Positions 9,422 to 19,348 of a DNA stretch of 39,191 bases are shown in pieces (position 1 is the stretch's first letter; each line of letters begins with the position of its first letter). The translations under genes were made by a program, and so were the position numbers. The notes under the pieces are model-generated. The model had not been told where the DNA came from, did no database searches, and worked only from the letters and a program-made list of their open reading frames with translations. The stretch comes from a virus. Taxonomy: Duplodnaviria; Caudoviricetes. The stretch is taken from positions 1-39,191 of IMG/VR virus record IMGVR_UViG_3300017766_003831. One strand, given 5' to 3'.

Positions 9422-9453
9422 TAAACATATGAACTTATGTTTAAAAAATCAAG
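9422..9453 (-). promoter_or_regulatory. Putative promoter CTTG-N20-TATGTTTA
   Basis: Variant of the recurring motif in the intergenic gap upstream of the polymerase gene. Confidence 0.4.
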
Positions 9454-9460
9454 CCTAATT

Positions 9461-9988
9461 TTAATAAAAAATTTCAATCAGTTTTATATTTCCTGATTGA
9501 TCATATCCTACATTGTTAATGTTAGGGTAGTCTATGTTTTCTCCTGTAGTTGGGATAATTTTGGTTTGGACAAAATTGTTTAATTTTTCTATTTTATTTT
9601 TTAAATCAGGTTTAATTATGTATTGAGGATATCTAACAGCAAATTCAAATTCATCATCTAAACCACTTTCATCAAATAAATCCTGTCCGTCTGATGATAA
9701 TGATAGTATAATATCTGTTTTAAGTTTTTTAGAATTTAATTTTTCTTGAGTTAAAGTACCTTTTTTAAAATTTAAATCAGATATCAATGCTATGTGTTCA
9801 GGGTATTTTTTACTTAATTGTTGTTCTTTTTTTAAGTTAGTTTTATCTACTGTTGTAGTAAATTTTTTAATTACTTTATTTGGATCATCAGGTGATTGAA
9901 ATACTTCTTTACTTCCACCACTTCCTAATTTACTTTCTTTGAATAAAGGATTGTTGTATAGGTATTTATTTAAATTAAAATCTTCCAT
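9461..9988 (-). CDS. Small protein-kinase-like protein
   Basis: Gly-rich loop LGSGGSKEVF, beta3 Lys (KVIKK), catalytic-loop-like DYPNINNVG and IKLIE at the DFG position. Confidence 0.55.
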   Translation of the reverse strand: MEDFNLNKYLYNNPLFKESKLGSGGSKEVFQSPDDPNKVIKKFTTTVDKTNLKKEQQLSKKYPEHIALISDLNFKKGTLTQEKLNSKKLKTDIILSLSSDGQDLFDESGLDDEFEFAVRYPQYIIKPDLKNKIEKLNNFVQTKIIPTTGENIDYPNINNVGYDQSGNIKLIEIFY

Positions 9989-9991
9989 AAT

Positions 9992-10618
9992 TTATTTTTT
10001 CCAAAATTTAAGATAATCGTTTTTTAAATATTGATTTAATAAAGTTAATTTGTGTTTTACAATCATAAAATTCACAGTAGATTCGTTATATGAAAATACT
10101 TTTTCTTTTTCACCAGATATAACCCATTGTAGTTTAAAAGGTTTATATAACTGCCAAAGTAAAGTTTTTGATCGTTTTAATAACTTATCATGTGTGTCTT
10201 TATTTATTTCAATATAAATTAATTCATTTGTTTTTTTACAAAAATAACGAGAAAAATTTCCTATAGAATAGTCTTCTTCAGTTGGTTGTGGATTGAAAGA
10301 AACAGGAATTTTACTAGGTTCTCTTAATTTATTGTTTAATTTATTGTATTCCTCTGTTAAAATATTAGATGGATTTAAATATAAAGAAGGAATCGGTTCA
10401 AATGCTTCTGAGGTTAGATTAGTATATTCTTTATTTTCTGAAACTTCTGCTGGGAGTAATTCTTGTATATTTTTATCTTGAGGAGTTTTTCCAGTATATA
10501 ACTTGCCGCTAGATGTTTTCCAGTAATATCCGATATATGATTCTTTGGTTGACGATAGAACATATTCTTGTCCATTAGTATATAAACCAGTTTCTATTTG
10601 TGAATTAGGATAATACAT
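9992..10618 (-). CDS. Hypothetical protein (baseplate region)
   Basis: 208-aa ORF translationally coupled to the baseplate hub gene. Confidence 0.7.
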   Translation of the reverse strand: MYYPNSQIETGLYTNGQEYVLSSTKESYIGYYWKTSSGKLYTGKTPQDKNIQELLPAEVSENKEYTNLTSEAFEPIPSLYLNPSNILTEEYNKLNNKLREPSKIPVSFNPQPTEEDYSIGNFSRYFCKKTNELIYIEINKDTHDKLLKRSKTLLWQLYKPFKLQWVISGEKEKVFSYNESTVNFMIVKHKLTLLNQYLKNDYLKFWKK

Positions 10619-13560
10619 TATGATATTTTAATAGGTTTTATTTTTCCTTGTTGAGCAAGGGATAAAGATTTATTTAATTCGTTTTGCGATTCGGCTCCTA
10701 TCCCCCATGAAATATGAAAATGATTTCCTGTACCTGCTTTTGTTAAATTTCTATATTCATCTATAAATCTAAAATTTGGATTGTTCCCCGCAGCATATCT
10801 TTGTAAAATATTAACTATTTTATCTAATGTTTTTGAGTCTGAAGGTGAAACTGCTAAATCAATAGCATTTCCAGCACTGTGACGAGAAACATATGATAAA
10901 GTTTGATGATATCTATCATTTCCTCCAGTAACTGTTACCACAACATTAGGTAATTCTTGTTTAATAGTTTTTAATACTGAAGAGGCTGCTTTTTCTATAT
11001 TTGAACTTATATCTTGTCCGCCATTATCAATTTCACTACCTTTTTCTCTATAACCCAATTGTTTTAAGGTATCTCTTAATTTATTAGCATTTGGATTATT
11101 TCTAGAAGCATTTTTTGCTGTGCTAGAAGAGGAAGCAAGAATAGCAGCTTGGGTAACAGTAGCTGCTTGTGAAGGTGATGTAGCACCAGTATATTCTACA
11201 AGATCAATAATAGGAACCGATACTGTATCTACAGTAGTTAACCATCCATTTCTATCTATTTTATGAGATACTCCTTTTATAATAAAATTCAAAGCAGCAG
11301 GGTAATCTGATGGTAAATAAGAAGTATCTACTTTTATTTTTTGATATGTTTTCATTCCTGAAAGGCCATCCATTGTTAAAGATAGATTAATAGGAAGAAA
11401 ACCTCTACTACTTGTTGCTGATACTGGGGATTTATTAGGGTTGTTAACTTTTTCTTTAAGTAATGCTAATTCATTTAAATAAACTAAATAATTAGCTACT
11501 AATTGAGAACCACCATCCATCAATTCGGCCGATAAATTAAAATCTATAGATTCATCTATAAAATTTCTAAAATCTGTCTCTAATTGCTCATTATCTTTTA
11601 TTAATTTATCTATATCAGCTTGTGTAGGAGCCGGTTTTGGTTCTTCGGTAGCGGCAGCTATGTTTGAATTAATTATAGGATATAGTCCTTTATTCCATTT
11701 TGAAAAAGCAGTAGCATCTTCACCAACAACTTTACCATTAGCTGTAGCTCCTATTGTTAAGGTTGCTGCTAAATTATTTGTTATCTCAGTTTTTAATTGA
11801 AAATCTTTTATAAACCCAGCATGTTGATTGGGGTTTCCATAATTGTAATACCCATATATATCAAATTGTGCTGATTCTTCATCTGGGTTAATGGGGAAAG
11901 CTAAATTTAATCCAGGGATTGGAGTGTTGTCAATAATTCTCAATACATTATCATTGCTGACTACGCATTCTAAATTATTTACGCTACCCAATGCATTGTT
12001 TATTCCATCTAAAATAGATTTTAATAAATCTAGTATAGTTACTTTTCCATTTTCATCTTTAGAATTTTCTAAAGTTTGAAGAATAAAAGTCATGTTAACA
12101 TATATGTTATTTATGTTACCGTGAAGAACATTATTGTTAACAGTATATTTGAAAGGATTAGTTTTCAATGTATCGTCTTCATTTAAAAAACTAACAGTAG
12201 AAGAACCATCAGGTATATCAAAGCCACCTACTAAACATACTCTGGGGTCTCCTGATATTTGGTAAGAAGTAGTGTACATAAATATCGATGTTGTGTCAAT
12301 ATTTAATATAGGAGTAGGAGGAGCAGTATCTTTATTAACAGGGATAAGTATTTGAATTAATCTAAGTAATTCTCCAAATCTAATATAAAATAATTCATCA
12401 AATCCATCTAAACCATACAAAATGTAATCTTTATCAGTTGTTGGTGTGCTAATTGAATTTATATAATTATTAACATTTTCATTTTGAGATTTAGTTAGTA
12501 CAGCATCTGGTGTAAAATCTGAAGGAAGTTGTAGAAAAGATTTTAATTCATCTTTATTTATTCCATCTATTTTATCTGTTTCTAAAGAATCATTTTTTCC
12601 AACAAAAAAACCATTTAAAGCATACATTGCTCCCCAAAATATATAACCAACAGAGTGAGAAAATTTAAATTTATTTATCCATTCTTCATCACTTTCTGGG
12701 TTATCATCAGTTGTGTCATTGTTTACAGGAGCAGATATAGAAAGATCTTTTAAGTAGGTATTAATTTTAAGGGATTCTATTACTGCTCCTATACTGATTA
12801 ATTTTAATGTTACATCATATGAACCATCTTTATTAAATGTCCAATCAAAGTTAACTACTTTACCGTACATCCCATCATAATTCCCCGCTGATTTTTTTCT
12901 TTGTTCTTCTAAATCTTTTAATACATCATTGTCTGTTTTGTATTTTTTAGCTAGGAAATTGCTGGAGAGGCTAAAGTTAGGATTTGGGTCAATATCTCCA
13001 TTAGTATCTATTATAATTGAGTGACCCCATTCTAAAAGCATAGGAAAACCAAGACGTAAATAAAGTAAATTTATTACTTCAAATTGGTTTCTGTTCCATA
13101 CTTTAATTTGAATATTGCTTTCTCTAATTGAACCTCTATTTCTAGATTTAATATCACATGATTTAATCCCAGGCATTGGTCTAATTCCAAATTCATTTCC
13201 TCCTATACCATAAGCGTGTTTGTTTAATATACTCTGTCCTATGTCTTGATTAGGTTCATTAGGATTAAGTCCATTTATCCCCCCAAAAAGAGTATTGTCT
13301 TTATCAGACACACCATTAAATAAAATAAATCTTTCAGCCAGTCCTGTATCTGCAAAAGAAGGATGACCTCCTAAATCAATTCGATCTAGTCTTTCATAAT
13401 CAAGAACTTTTACCCCTGATGTAAGTTTTATCCAAGATGTTTTTGAATTTAAATAAGAAAGAATAGAATTGCTTCTATTAGAAGCACCGTGAATTTTTTG
13501 TCTATCAACAATTTGTTTTGATACAAATTTATCAAAAGGTTCCCCAACAATATTAGCCAT
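10618..13560 (-). CDS. Baseplate hub-like protein with C-terminal peptidase M15 (LAS) domain
   Basis: Hub-like segments (YLRLGFPMLLEWGHS, NYDGMYGKV.NF.W, LSLTMDGLSG, FIIKGVSHKI...W.T) and C-terminal zinc motifs SRHSAGNAID and HFH. Confidence 0.7.
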   Translation of the reverse strand: MANIVGEPFDKFVSKQIVDRQKIHGASNRSNSILSYLNSKTSWIKLTSGVKVLDYERLDRIDLGGHPSFADTGLAERFILFNGVSDKDNTLFGGINGLNPNEPNQDIGQSILNKHAYGIGGNEFGIRPMPGIKSCDIKSRNRGSIRESNIQIKVWNRNQFEVINLLYLRLGFPMLLEWGHSIIIDTNGDIDPNPNFSLSSNFLAKKYKTDNDVLKDLEEQRKKSAGNYDGMYGKVVNFDWTFNKDGSYDVTLKLISIGAVIESLKINTYLKDLSISAPVNNDTTDDNPESDEEWINKFKFSHSVGYIFWGAMYALNGFFVGKNDSLETDKIDGINKDELKSFLQLPSDFTPDAVLTKSQNENVNNYINSISTPTTDKDYILYGLDGFDELFYIRFGELLRLIQILIPVNKDTAPPTPILNIDTTSIFMYTTSYQISGDPRVCLVGGFDIPDGSSTVSFLNEDDTLKTNPFKYTVNNNVLHGNINNIYVNMTFILQTLENSKDENGKVTILDLLKSILDGINNALGSVNNLECVVSNDNVLRIIDNTPIPGLNLAFPINPDEESAQFDIYGYYNYGNPNQHAGFIKDFQLKTEITNNLAATLTIGATANGKVVGEDATAFSKWNKGLYPIINSNIAAATEEPKPAPTQADIDKLIKDNEQLETDFRNFIDESIDFNLSAELMDGGSQLVANYLVYLNELALLKEKVNNPNKSPVSATSSRGFLPINLSLTMDGLSGMKTYQKIKVDTSYLPSDYPAALNFIIKGVSHKIDRNGWLTTVDTVSVPIIDLVEYTGATSPSQAATVTQAAILASSSSTAKNASRNNPNANKLRDTLKQLGYREKGSEIDNGGQDISSNIEKAASSVLKTIKQELPNVVVTVTGGNDRYHQTLSYVSRHSAGNAIDLAVSPSDSKTLDKIVNILQRYAAGNNPNFRFIDEYRNLTKAGTGNHFHISWGIGAESQNELNKSLSLAQQGKIKPIKIS

Positions 13561-13563
13561 AAC

Positions 13564-13860
13564 TTAAGAATTTATTCTTTTATAATCATTTATAATTTTT
13601 GATAAATTTGATGGAATTCTTAATTGAATACCTTCAGGGATTATTAGTGTATTTTGAAGTAAAGATTCATTAGCAATAGATATTACCCACCACAATGATT
13701 CGTCTTGATAGTATTTTAACGCTAAAACATCAAATCTATCTCCTTGAGTTGTGGTAACATATATATCATTTTCACTTAAAGGAATTTCAGGATAACGAAC
13801 TGTTCTATAAACAGGTTTGTTATTTATTTTAATTTGAGGTATGTTTTGATAACGATTCAT
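13564..13860 (-). CDS. LysM-like baseplate wedge protein (gp53/gpX-like)
   Basis: TTQGDRFDVLALKYY.D..LWWVI..AN....G.QLRIP pattern; position in the tail module. Confidence 0.8.
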   Translation of the reverse strand: MNRYQNIPQIKINNKPVYRTVRYPEIPLSENDIYVTTTQGDRFDVLALKYYQDESLWWVISIANESLLQNTLIIPEGIQLRIPSNLSKIINDYKRINS

Positions 13861-16040
13861 TAATAATTGCTAATACCGTTAGATAATGCTATAAATGGTG
13901 TACTTCCTAAATTAATATAATCTGCTTTTTTAGGAACAAAATTATGAATAGGAGTAAAGCTAAAATTACTAACTTTAATCATATGAGACAATTCTTTTAC
14001 ACTTGAATCATACTCTCCTTTTTCATCTATTCCTATTTCCCAAGATGATTCTTCAGGCATATCATAAGTTAAACCAGTTATAAACCCAGGTTGTTCATAA
14101 AAATATCCTCCAATTGTTAATGAAACTAAAGGACCTCGCATATATCCATTTTTACTGTAATCTGGGGCTAATTGTGAAGCAAGGTAGTTTAATTTTTTAT
14201 ACATTGGAAGTAATTCAATTTTTGATTGAGCTGCTACTGTAAAAGATAAAGAAACTTTTCTATCAAAACCATTATAGTTGTAAAAATTTTCACCTCTTCC
14301 TACATATTTTTCAGAGTTCCAATCTGATGAATATGAATCATTTATGTTGTTTAAAAATGCTCTAAAATGTATATAAACTTTGTTGGATGGAGAATCATTA
14401 TCTATAGCAGCTATTCTAAATTTTACTAGATCATTTGTATTATCTGAACTAGGGCCTTCTGAGTAGTATAGTGGTTTAGTTGTTATTCTATCATATGAAG
14501 TAGAAGAAGCAGCTCCGGTTCCATCATAACCTGCCGAATAAAATTCTAAATCTTTATCAAATATTTTTCCGGGATCTCCTAGTTCAACTCTATTTTCTAT
14601 ATTTTTTTTAGAATAATCAGGAGATCTAGATAAAACTTGATTCATTAATTTTTTAGAAGTTTCATCTGAATTTGAATCTTTATTGATTCTATTTCTAATT
14701 TGTTTTCTAAAATCTTGTATTCCTTTAGTAGTATTACTATAGTCGGTTATTTGAAGAAGTTCTTTATATGAAAAAGCATAAGCTCCTTGTTTGGTTTGGT
14801 TTACAGTATCTGTTGATATTGTACCATTTGAATAATTAAAAACATTATTTGATACATTATTTGTCCATTGCCAATTAGAATTAGTTGAAAAAGGACTAGT
14901 CTTTAATGAAGAAATATTATAGTTAAAATTTTCTTCAGATGGATCTACTGTATTAAAATCAGCGGCACTAATAGTTTTTTTAGCAGAATTTGCATATAGT
15001 CTTGATAAAGGAAAAGGATTTTGAATATCTCTTTTTATTTCATTACTAGACATAAACCCAGAACTTCCTGTTGGATTTTCTCCAGGAGTGTAAATAAGTC
15101 CATTTACTCCCGGTAAAGTATTTAATTTAGTAGTATAGTGTTTACTACCTGATTCGGGATAAAATTTATTAAGATCTGTGTATAAGTCTCGCCCAAATAT
15201 TTCACCATATTTGTTTGATAACCCTATAGGTTCTTGAATAATAGTTTTTCCTTGATTATTTTTATTTATAAGAAATTGAGGAACTTCACCAAAACTAGCT
15301 ACAGACACATATGTTTTAAAATCAATATCACTTCTGTCTGTTTCTTCTAGTTGGCCTAAACCTGTAAGATTTTTTCCTTGATTATTAATTGTTGGAACAG
15401 TTGAAGAAAATTTAAATCTTGTTTTTCCTATTCCTAATATGGATCCAGGACCCCCTGGGTATTCTAGTAAATTGATTGGGTCAATTTTAAAAGAATTAAT
15501 CCCGTTAATAAATGATGCCTCTTGTGTTCCTCTAATTTTAACTCTAAATAAAGAAACTAATCGATTTGAACTAACTTCAGTAGATATAGATTCTCTATTT
15601 AATATTGAATCTTCATAAGTCTTAATACTTCCTGGAAGTCCAGGAATAGGATTTAACCCTTGTTTATTAAAATGAAGTCCAATTCCATTAACACCAGCTT
15701 GGGCTAAAGTAGATAAAGGAGTATAAATGAATTCATTTAGAAGCCCACTAGCTTCAGTACGAACAGCATTTCTAGAAAGTAAATTTTGTTTAGCTATGAA
15801 TAGTAGTCCTGAAGGAGATTTTATGTCAATAAAATATTTTCCTAAACGGATAACATCGGTAGCTGCATTTATTGGATTTTTTAACCCACCTCTAAGTAAA
15901 AAATCAGGGGAATCAGGTAAGATGCCTTCCTTATCCGGAATATCAGATTGCATATAGGGTTGATTGGATGAACCTCCCCCCGGTTTATCTTTTCCGAATT
16001 TTAAACTTTTTAAGTTGGTTTTTAAATCAATTAAACCCAT
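13860..16040 (-). CDS. Baseplate / tail-tube initiator-like structural protein
   Basis: C-terminal domain FRAFL..INDSYSSDW...YVGRGE.FY.Y.GFDR.VSLSF...GP.V.LTIG resembles contractile-system tube initiators; lies between the tape measure and LysM genes. Confidence 0.65.
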   Translation of the reverse strand: MGLIDLKTNLKSLKFGKDKPGGGSSNQPYMQSDIPDKEGILPDSPDFLLRGGLKNPINAATDVIRLGKYFIDIKSPSGLLFIAKQNLLSRNAVRTEASGLLNEFIYTPLSTLAQAGVNGIGLHFNKQGLNPIPGLPGSIKTYEDSILNRESISTEVSSNRLVSLFRVKIRGTQEASFINGINSFKIDPINLLEYPGGPGSILGIGKTRFKFSSTVPTINNQGKNLTGLGQLEETDRSDIDFKTYVSVASFGEVPQFLINKNNQGKTIIQEPIGLSNKYGEIFGRDLYTDLNKFYPESGSKHYTTKLNTLPGVNGLIYTPGENPTGSSGFMSSNEIKRDIQNPFPLSRLYANSAKKTISAADFNTVDPSEENFNYNISSLKTSPFSTNSNWQWTNNVSNNVFNYSNGTISTDTVNQTKQGAYAFSYKELLQITDYSNTTKGIQDFRKQIRNRINKDSNSDETSKKLMNQVLSRSPDYSKKNIENRVELGDPGKIFDKDLEFYSAGYDGTGAASSTSYDRITTKPLYYSEGPSSDNTNDLVKFRIAAIDNDSPSNKVYIHFRAFLNNINDSYSSDWNSEKYVGRGENFYNYNGFDRKVSLSFTVAAQSKIELLPMYKKLNYLASQLAPDYSKNGYMRGPLVSLTIGGYFYEQPGFITGLTYDMPEESSWEIGIDEKGEYDSSVKELSHMIKVSNFSFTPIHNFVPKKADYINLGSTPFIALSNGISNY

Positions 16041-16312
16041 TAACCAGGTAAATTGTTAATATATTGACTTGGTGTTGTTCCGTTTAAATCTAATTGACTA
16101 GGTTGTGGAAGAATATTAGTTACTCCATCAACATACTGCTGATATTGAGAATTTACTGTTTGAGCATTAGCCCCATTAAGTGAATATCCTGGTAAATTTC
16201 CGTCAGCATGTAATTTAGATTGTCTTGTTGCTAATGGATTTACGGGTACTGCTGCTCCATCGGCAATGGATAAAACAGATCCTTGGTTTAATAATTTGTC
16301 TTTAAGTCCCAT
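16040..16312 (-). CDS. Small hypothetical structural protein
   Basis: 90-aa ORF with its own upstream promoter motif, coupled to the next gene. Confidence 0.65.
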   Translation of the reverse strand: MGLKDKLLNQGSVLSIADGAAVPVNPLATRQSKLHADGNLPGYSLNGANAQTVNSQYQQYVDGVTNILPQPSQLDLNGTTPSQYINNLPG

Positions 16313-16325
16313 GATTTATTTTATT

Positions 16326-16334
16326 TATAAATAT
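16326..16334 (-). promoter_or_regulatory. ATATTTATA promoter motif
   Basis: Recurring motif about 14 nt upstream of the ATG at 16312. Confidence 0.5.
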
Positions 16335-18979
16335 TATTGAATTTTAGAAGTTCCTACATTAATTGAAGTTCCTAATTGAGTTGCATTATTTCCTAATCCT
16401 TCAGCTATCTTTTTACCATCCATAGTAACAGCAACTTGTACTGGTTTTTGGTTTTGAGCTTGAGTAGCTGCTATAAGAGTATCTAGTTTTGCAATAAGTG
16501 CTGACATATCTGTACCTGATGATTTTATGTCTCCTTTATTTTTAAATTCAGTTGCTTTGCCTGGTTCAGATTTTATGTCGTCTCCTTTTTTATCAAATAA
16601 ATTTGTGCCTGCTATTACTGTGTCTTTATCATTTAAAGCAATTGCACCTTCTGGGCCCATTAATGTGCGTTTACCGTAGCCTGGGGAGAAAACGTCATTA
16701 CCCTGCACAAATTTGTAACCTAAAGCAGCTACGGTTCCAGCAGCTGCTAAGCCTAATGCCCAACCAACTATTGGAATAGCTGATAGAGATGATATAACTT
16801 TCATAGCTGCTTCACCTATTGATCTTATAAGACCTGTTTTTTGTGATAAAGCAGATTTAGCATCCATGCTTCCCATAGCTGATTTGTATCCTAATTGAAT
16901 AGCTTGTATAGCAGCTTTTCCTTTTTCTAAAATTAATCCTTTTTCATCCCACATTACTGATATTTGCTTTTGAGTTGCTATGGCTGTTGCTTTTATAGCA
17001 CTATAATTCATAGCTACTCCTAGACCAGCAGCTAAAGAAGATATAGTTACTAATACTGCTTTAGATTGAAATAACCACCCAACTAATCCAGTTACACCCC
17101 CAACTATCTTTCCAATAAATCCTGCTATCATTCCTACCGGTTTTAAAATAGCAGCAAAAATATCTAAAACAGGCATTAACGGAGATAATAAGGAAACAAA
17201 TATTTCTTTTAATTTTTCAATAGTATTATTAAAACGTTCCTGGATTGATTGTTGTTTCATTAATCCTTCTATACCTTGTTTTTTAATGTCTTCTTCAGTC
17301 ATTCCTCTAGCTCTAGCTGCTGCTAAAGCTGCTTTAGCATCTTCTGCTTGTTTACCAGATAATCCTTTTAATGCTTCTTGATCAGTTAAAGTAGCAGCTA
17401 ACTCTTCACGAGACATACCTACTGCTTTAGCTGCTGCTTCTTGTTGAATTCTATTCATTTTAGAAAATTCAGCAGCACTACCAAAGTTTTTTGCTATTTC
17501 TCTTGATAGACCTTCCATATCATTATTTAATGCATATAGACGAGCTTGTTCTAAATTTAAATTTTTTCCAATTAATAATTCTGCTTCTAATTCGTCTGAA
17601 ATAGAGGATTCGATTTGAAGCATTTTGTCAGCAATTGAATTTACTTGTTCTAAATTCATACCTAAAGCTTTAGCTTGGGCTGCTGCTTTTGCTAGTGCTT
17701 CTGGGTTGTTTTGTAATGATAATTTAGTAGCAGCTGATGCTTTTGCTACTTCCTGCATTATCATTTTTTCATTTAATAAAACACCGTTATTTAATGCTGT
17801 TGTTTTAGCGGCGTATAGTGTATTAGCAACATTATCTTCTAAATTTTTACCAGTAGCTAGAGATAACTTCTCCATTTGAGATAATTCATCATTAGTTAAA
17901 CCAGCTTGTTCTCTTAATTTAGTAAAGGTAACAGCATCTTTTTCGTTTAATATAGCATTACTTCCCATTGCTTGTCCCATTGCAAGCATTGTATCTCTAA
18001 TGCCTTTAGTAGTAACTGCTATATCATTAGATGAATTAGCTATATTATTAAATTCATTATTAAGTTTAGCAGCATCTTGGTAAGATAAATTCATCCCTTT
18101 AGCAAATTCACCTATACCTTTGTCTAAATCTTTAAAAACATCATATATTTGTTTTGCTAAAAATAATGAAATCGTTAAAGGATCTGTTAAACCTGCTTTT
18201 ACATCTTTTCCTACAGATTTTAAAGCTGCTTTCATTCCTCCTACAGCTCCTCCTCCTTCTTTAATAGAATTAGTAGCATCCTCTAAAGCTTTTTTAGTAT
18301 CAATAGCATCACCTATAAGTGGAATTTTACTAATACCTTTAAGAACAGCACCTGTAACTCCTAATTGTTTTTCTATTTTCTTTTGAATATCAAGTTCTTT
18401 TTCTAAGGAATTATTTAATTCTCCTAAAGTTATATCTTCATTTTGTAATAAATTAGAAATTTTTTCATGTTGATCTCGTATTTTATCTAATTTATTTTGA
18501 ATTGAAGCATATTTTGGATCTTGTTGATTGAGACCCCTTAATTGTTGTTGTAAATTTTGTTCTTCACTAGATAATATGTTTAGGCTTCTTTTTAAGCGAT
18601 CTCTCTCTAAATCAGCCTTTTGTTGAAGATTTTTTAAGTCTTTAGCTGATAGTTCATTGAATCCTTTTTGATGGGAGTTTAATTGCTCGGCAATACTTGA
18701 TAAATTTTTTAATCCCTTAGTTGATTCTTGAATACCAGTTGTAGAATTTTTTATTTTATTTGTTAATTCTTTAAAATTATCTATTAAATAATCAGTTTCA
18801 GCTCCTAATTCTCTTTCTTGTCTAATTAAATCATCAAATATAGATCTAATAGCTCCGGCGTTTGCTTCTAAATCTTGTAAGTTTACTGTGTTGATATTAG
18901 CACTAAATTTAGCAGAAAGTCTTTCAATTTCTTGAAGCATTTTTGCTAATTCCGCTGCTTGTTTAGGATCTAAAGCCAT
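16334..18979 (-). CDS. Tail tape measure protein
   Basis: 881 aa, Ala/Leu-rich helical coiled coil with hydrophobic segments near the C-terminus; lies downstream of the tube and chaperone genes and upstream of the baseplate genes. Confidence 0.85.
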   Translation of the reverse strand: MALDPKQAAELAKMLQEIERLSAKFSANINTVNLQDLEANAGAIRSIFDDLIRQERELGAETDYLIDNFKELTNKIKNSTTGIQESTKGLKNLSSIAEQLNSHQKGFNELSAKDLKNLQQKADLERDRLKRSLNILSSEEQNLQQQLRGLNQQDPKYASIQNKLDKIRDQHEKISNLLQNEDITLGELNNSLEKELDIQKKIEKQLGVTGAVLKGISKIPLIGDAIDTKKALEDATNSIKEGGGAVGGMKAALKSVGKDVKAGLTDPLTISLFLAKQIYDVFKDLDKGIGEFAKGMNLSYQDAAKLNNEFNNIANSSNDIAVTTKGIRDTMLAMGQAMGSNAILNEKDAVTFTKLREQAGLTNDELSQMEKLSLATGKNLEDNVANTLYAAKTTALNNGVLLNEKMIMQEVAKASAATKLSLQNNPEALAKAAAQAKALGMNLEQVNSIADKMLQIESSISDELEAELLIGKNLNLEQARLYALNNDMEGLSREIAKNFGSAAEFSKMNRIQQEAAAKAVGMSREELAATLTDQEALKGLSGKQAEDAKAALAAARARGMTEEDIKKQGIEGLMKQQSIQERFNNTIEKLKEIFVSLLSPLMPVLDIFAAILKPVGMIAGFIGKIVGGVTGLVGWLFQSKAVLVTISSLAAGLGVAMNYSAIKATAIATQKQISVMWDEKGLILEKGKAAIQAIQLGYKSAMGSMDAKSALSQKTGLIRSIGEAAMKVISSLSAIPIVGWALGLAAAGTVAALGYKFVQGNDVFSPGYGKRTLMGPEGAIALNDKDTVIAGTNLFDKKGDDIKSEPGKATEFKNKGDIKSSGTDMSALIAKLDTLIAATQAQNQKPVQVAVTMDGKKIAEGLGNNATQLGTSINVGTSKIQ

Positions 18980-18994
18980 TTAAAAATATTTTGT

Positions 18995-19003
18995 TATAAA
19001 TAT
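18995..19003 (-). promoter_or_regulatory. ATATTTATA promoter motif
   Basis: ATATTTATAACAA upstream of the tape measure ATG; the same 13-mer recurs at 22533-22545 and 25427-25439. Confidence 0.55.
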
Positions 19004-19018
19004 TGAAAGCTACAAGGA

Positions 19019-19348
19019 TTACTTGTAGCTAACTGGTTTTTTAGTGTTGTATGATTTCTGAGGGGTTGGTTGGTTTTGAAATAAGCTTTTATCTCTAACT
19101 AAACCATCCGTTCCAATTGCTGTGTTTTTATTGTGGTTAATAGCATTATCATGGGCTTCCTGTTCTTCATCATAATATTTTTTAATTTCGTTAAAAGTAT
19201 ATTTTCTTAACCAAATAGGCATGTTGTAAACTGTATTCCAGTCATATCCACCTTTTCCATGAAATACTATTTGATGTATTTGATTAAATAAATGTAATCT
19301 AACTTGAGGAGCTAGATTAGAGGTCAGGCCAAAAAAAGTTAAGTCCAA
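19019..19348 (-). CDS. gp51-like tail/baseplate assembly chaperone; possibly expressed as a recoded extension of the upstream gene
   Basis: QIHQIVFHGKGGYDW..VYNMPIWLRK motif; has only a TTG start overlapping the upstream gene, and the first ATG is at codon 43. Confidence 0.6.
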   Translation of the reverse strand: MDLTFFGLTSNLAPQVRLHLFNQIHQIVFHGKGGYDWNTVYNMPIWLRKYTFNEIKKYYDEEQEAHDNAINHNKNTAIGTDGLVRDKSLFQNQPTPQKSYNTKKPVSYK

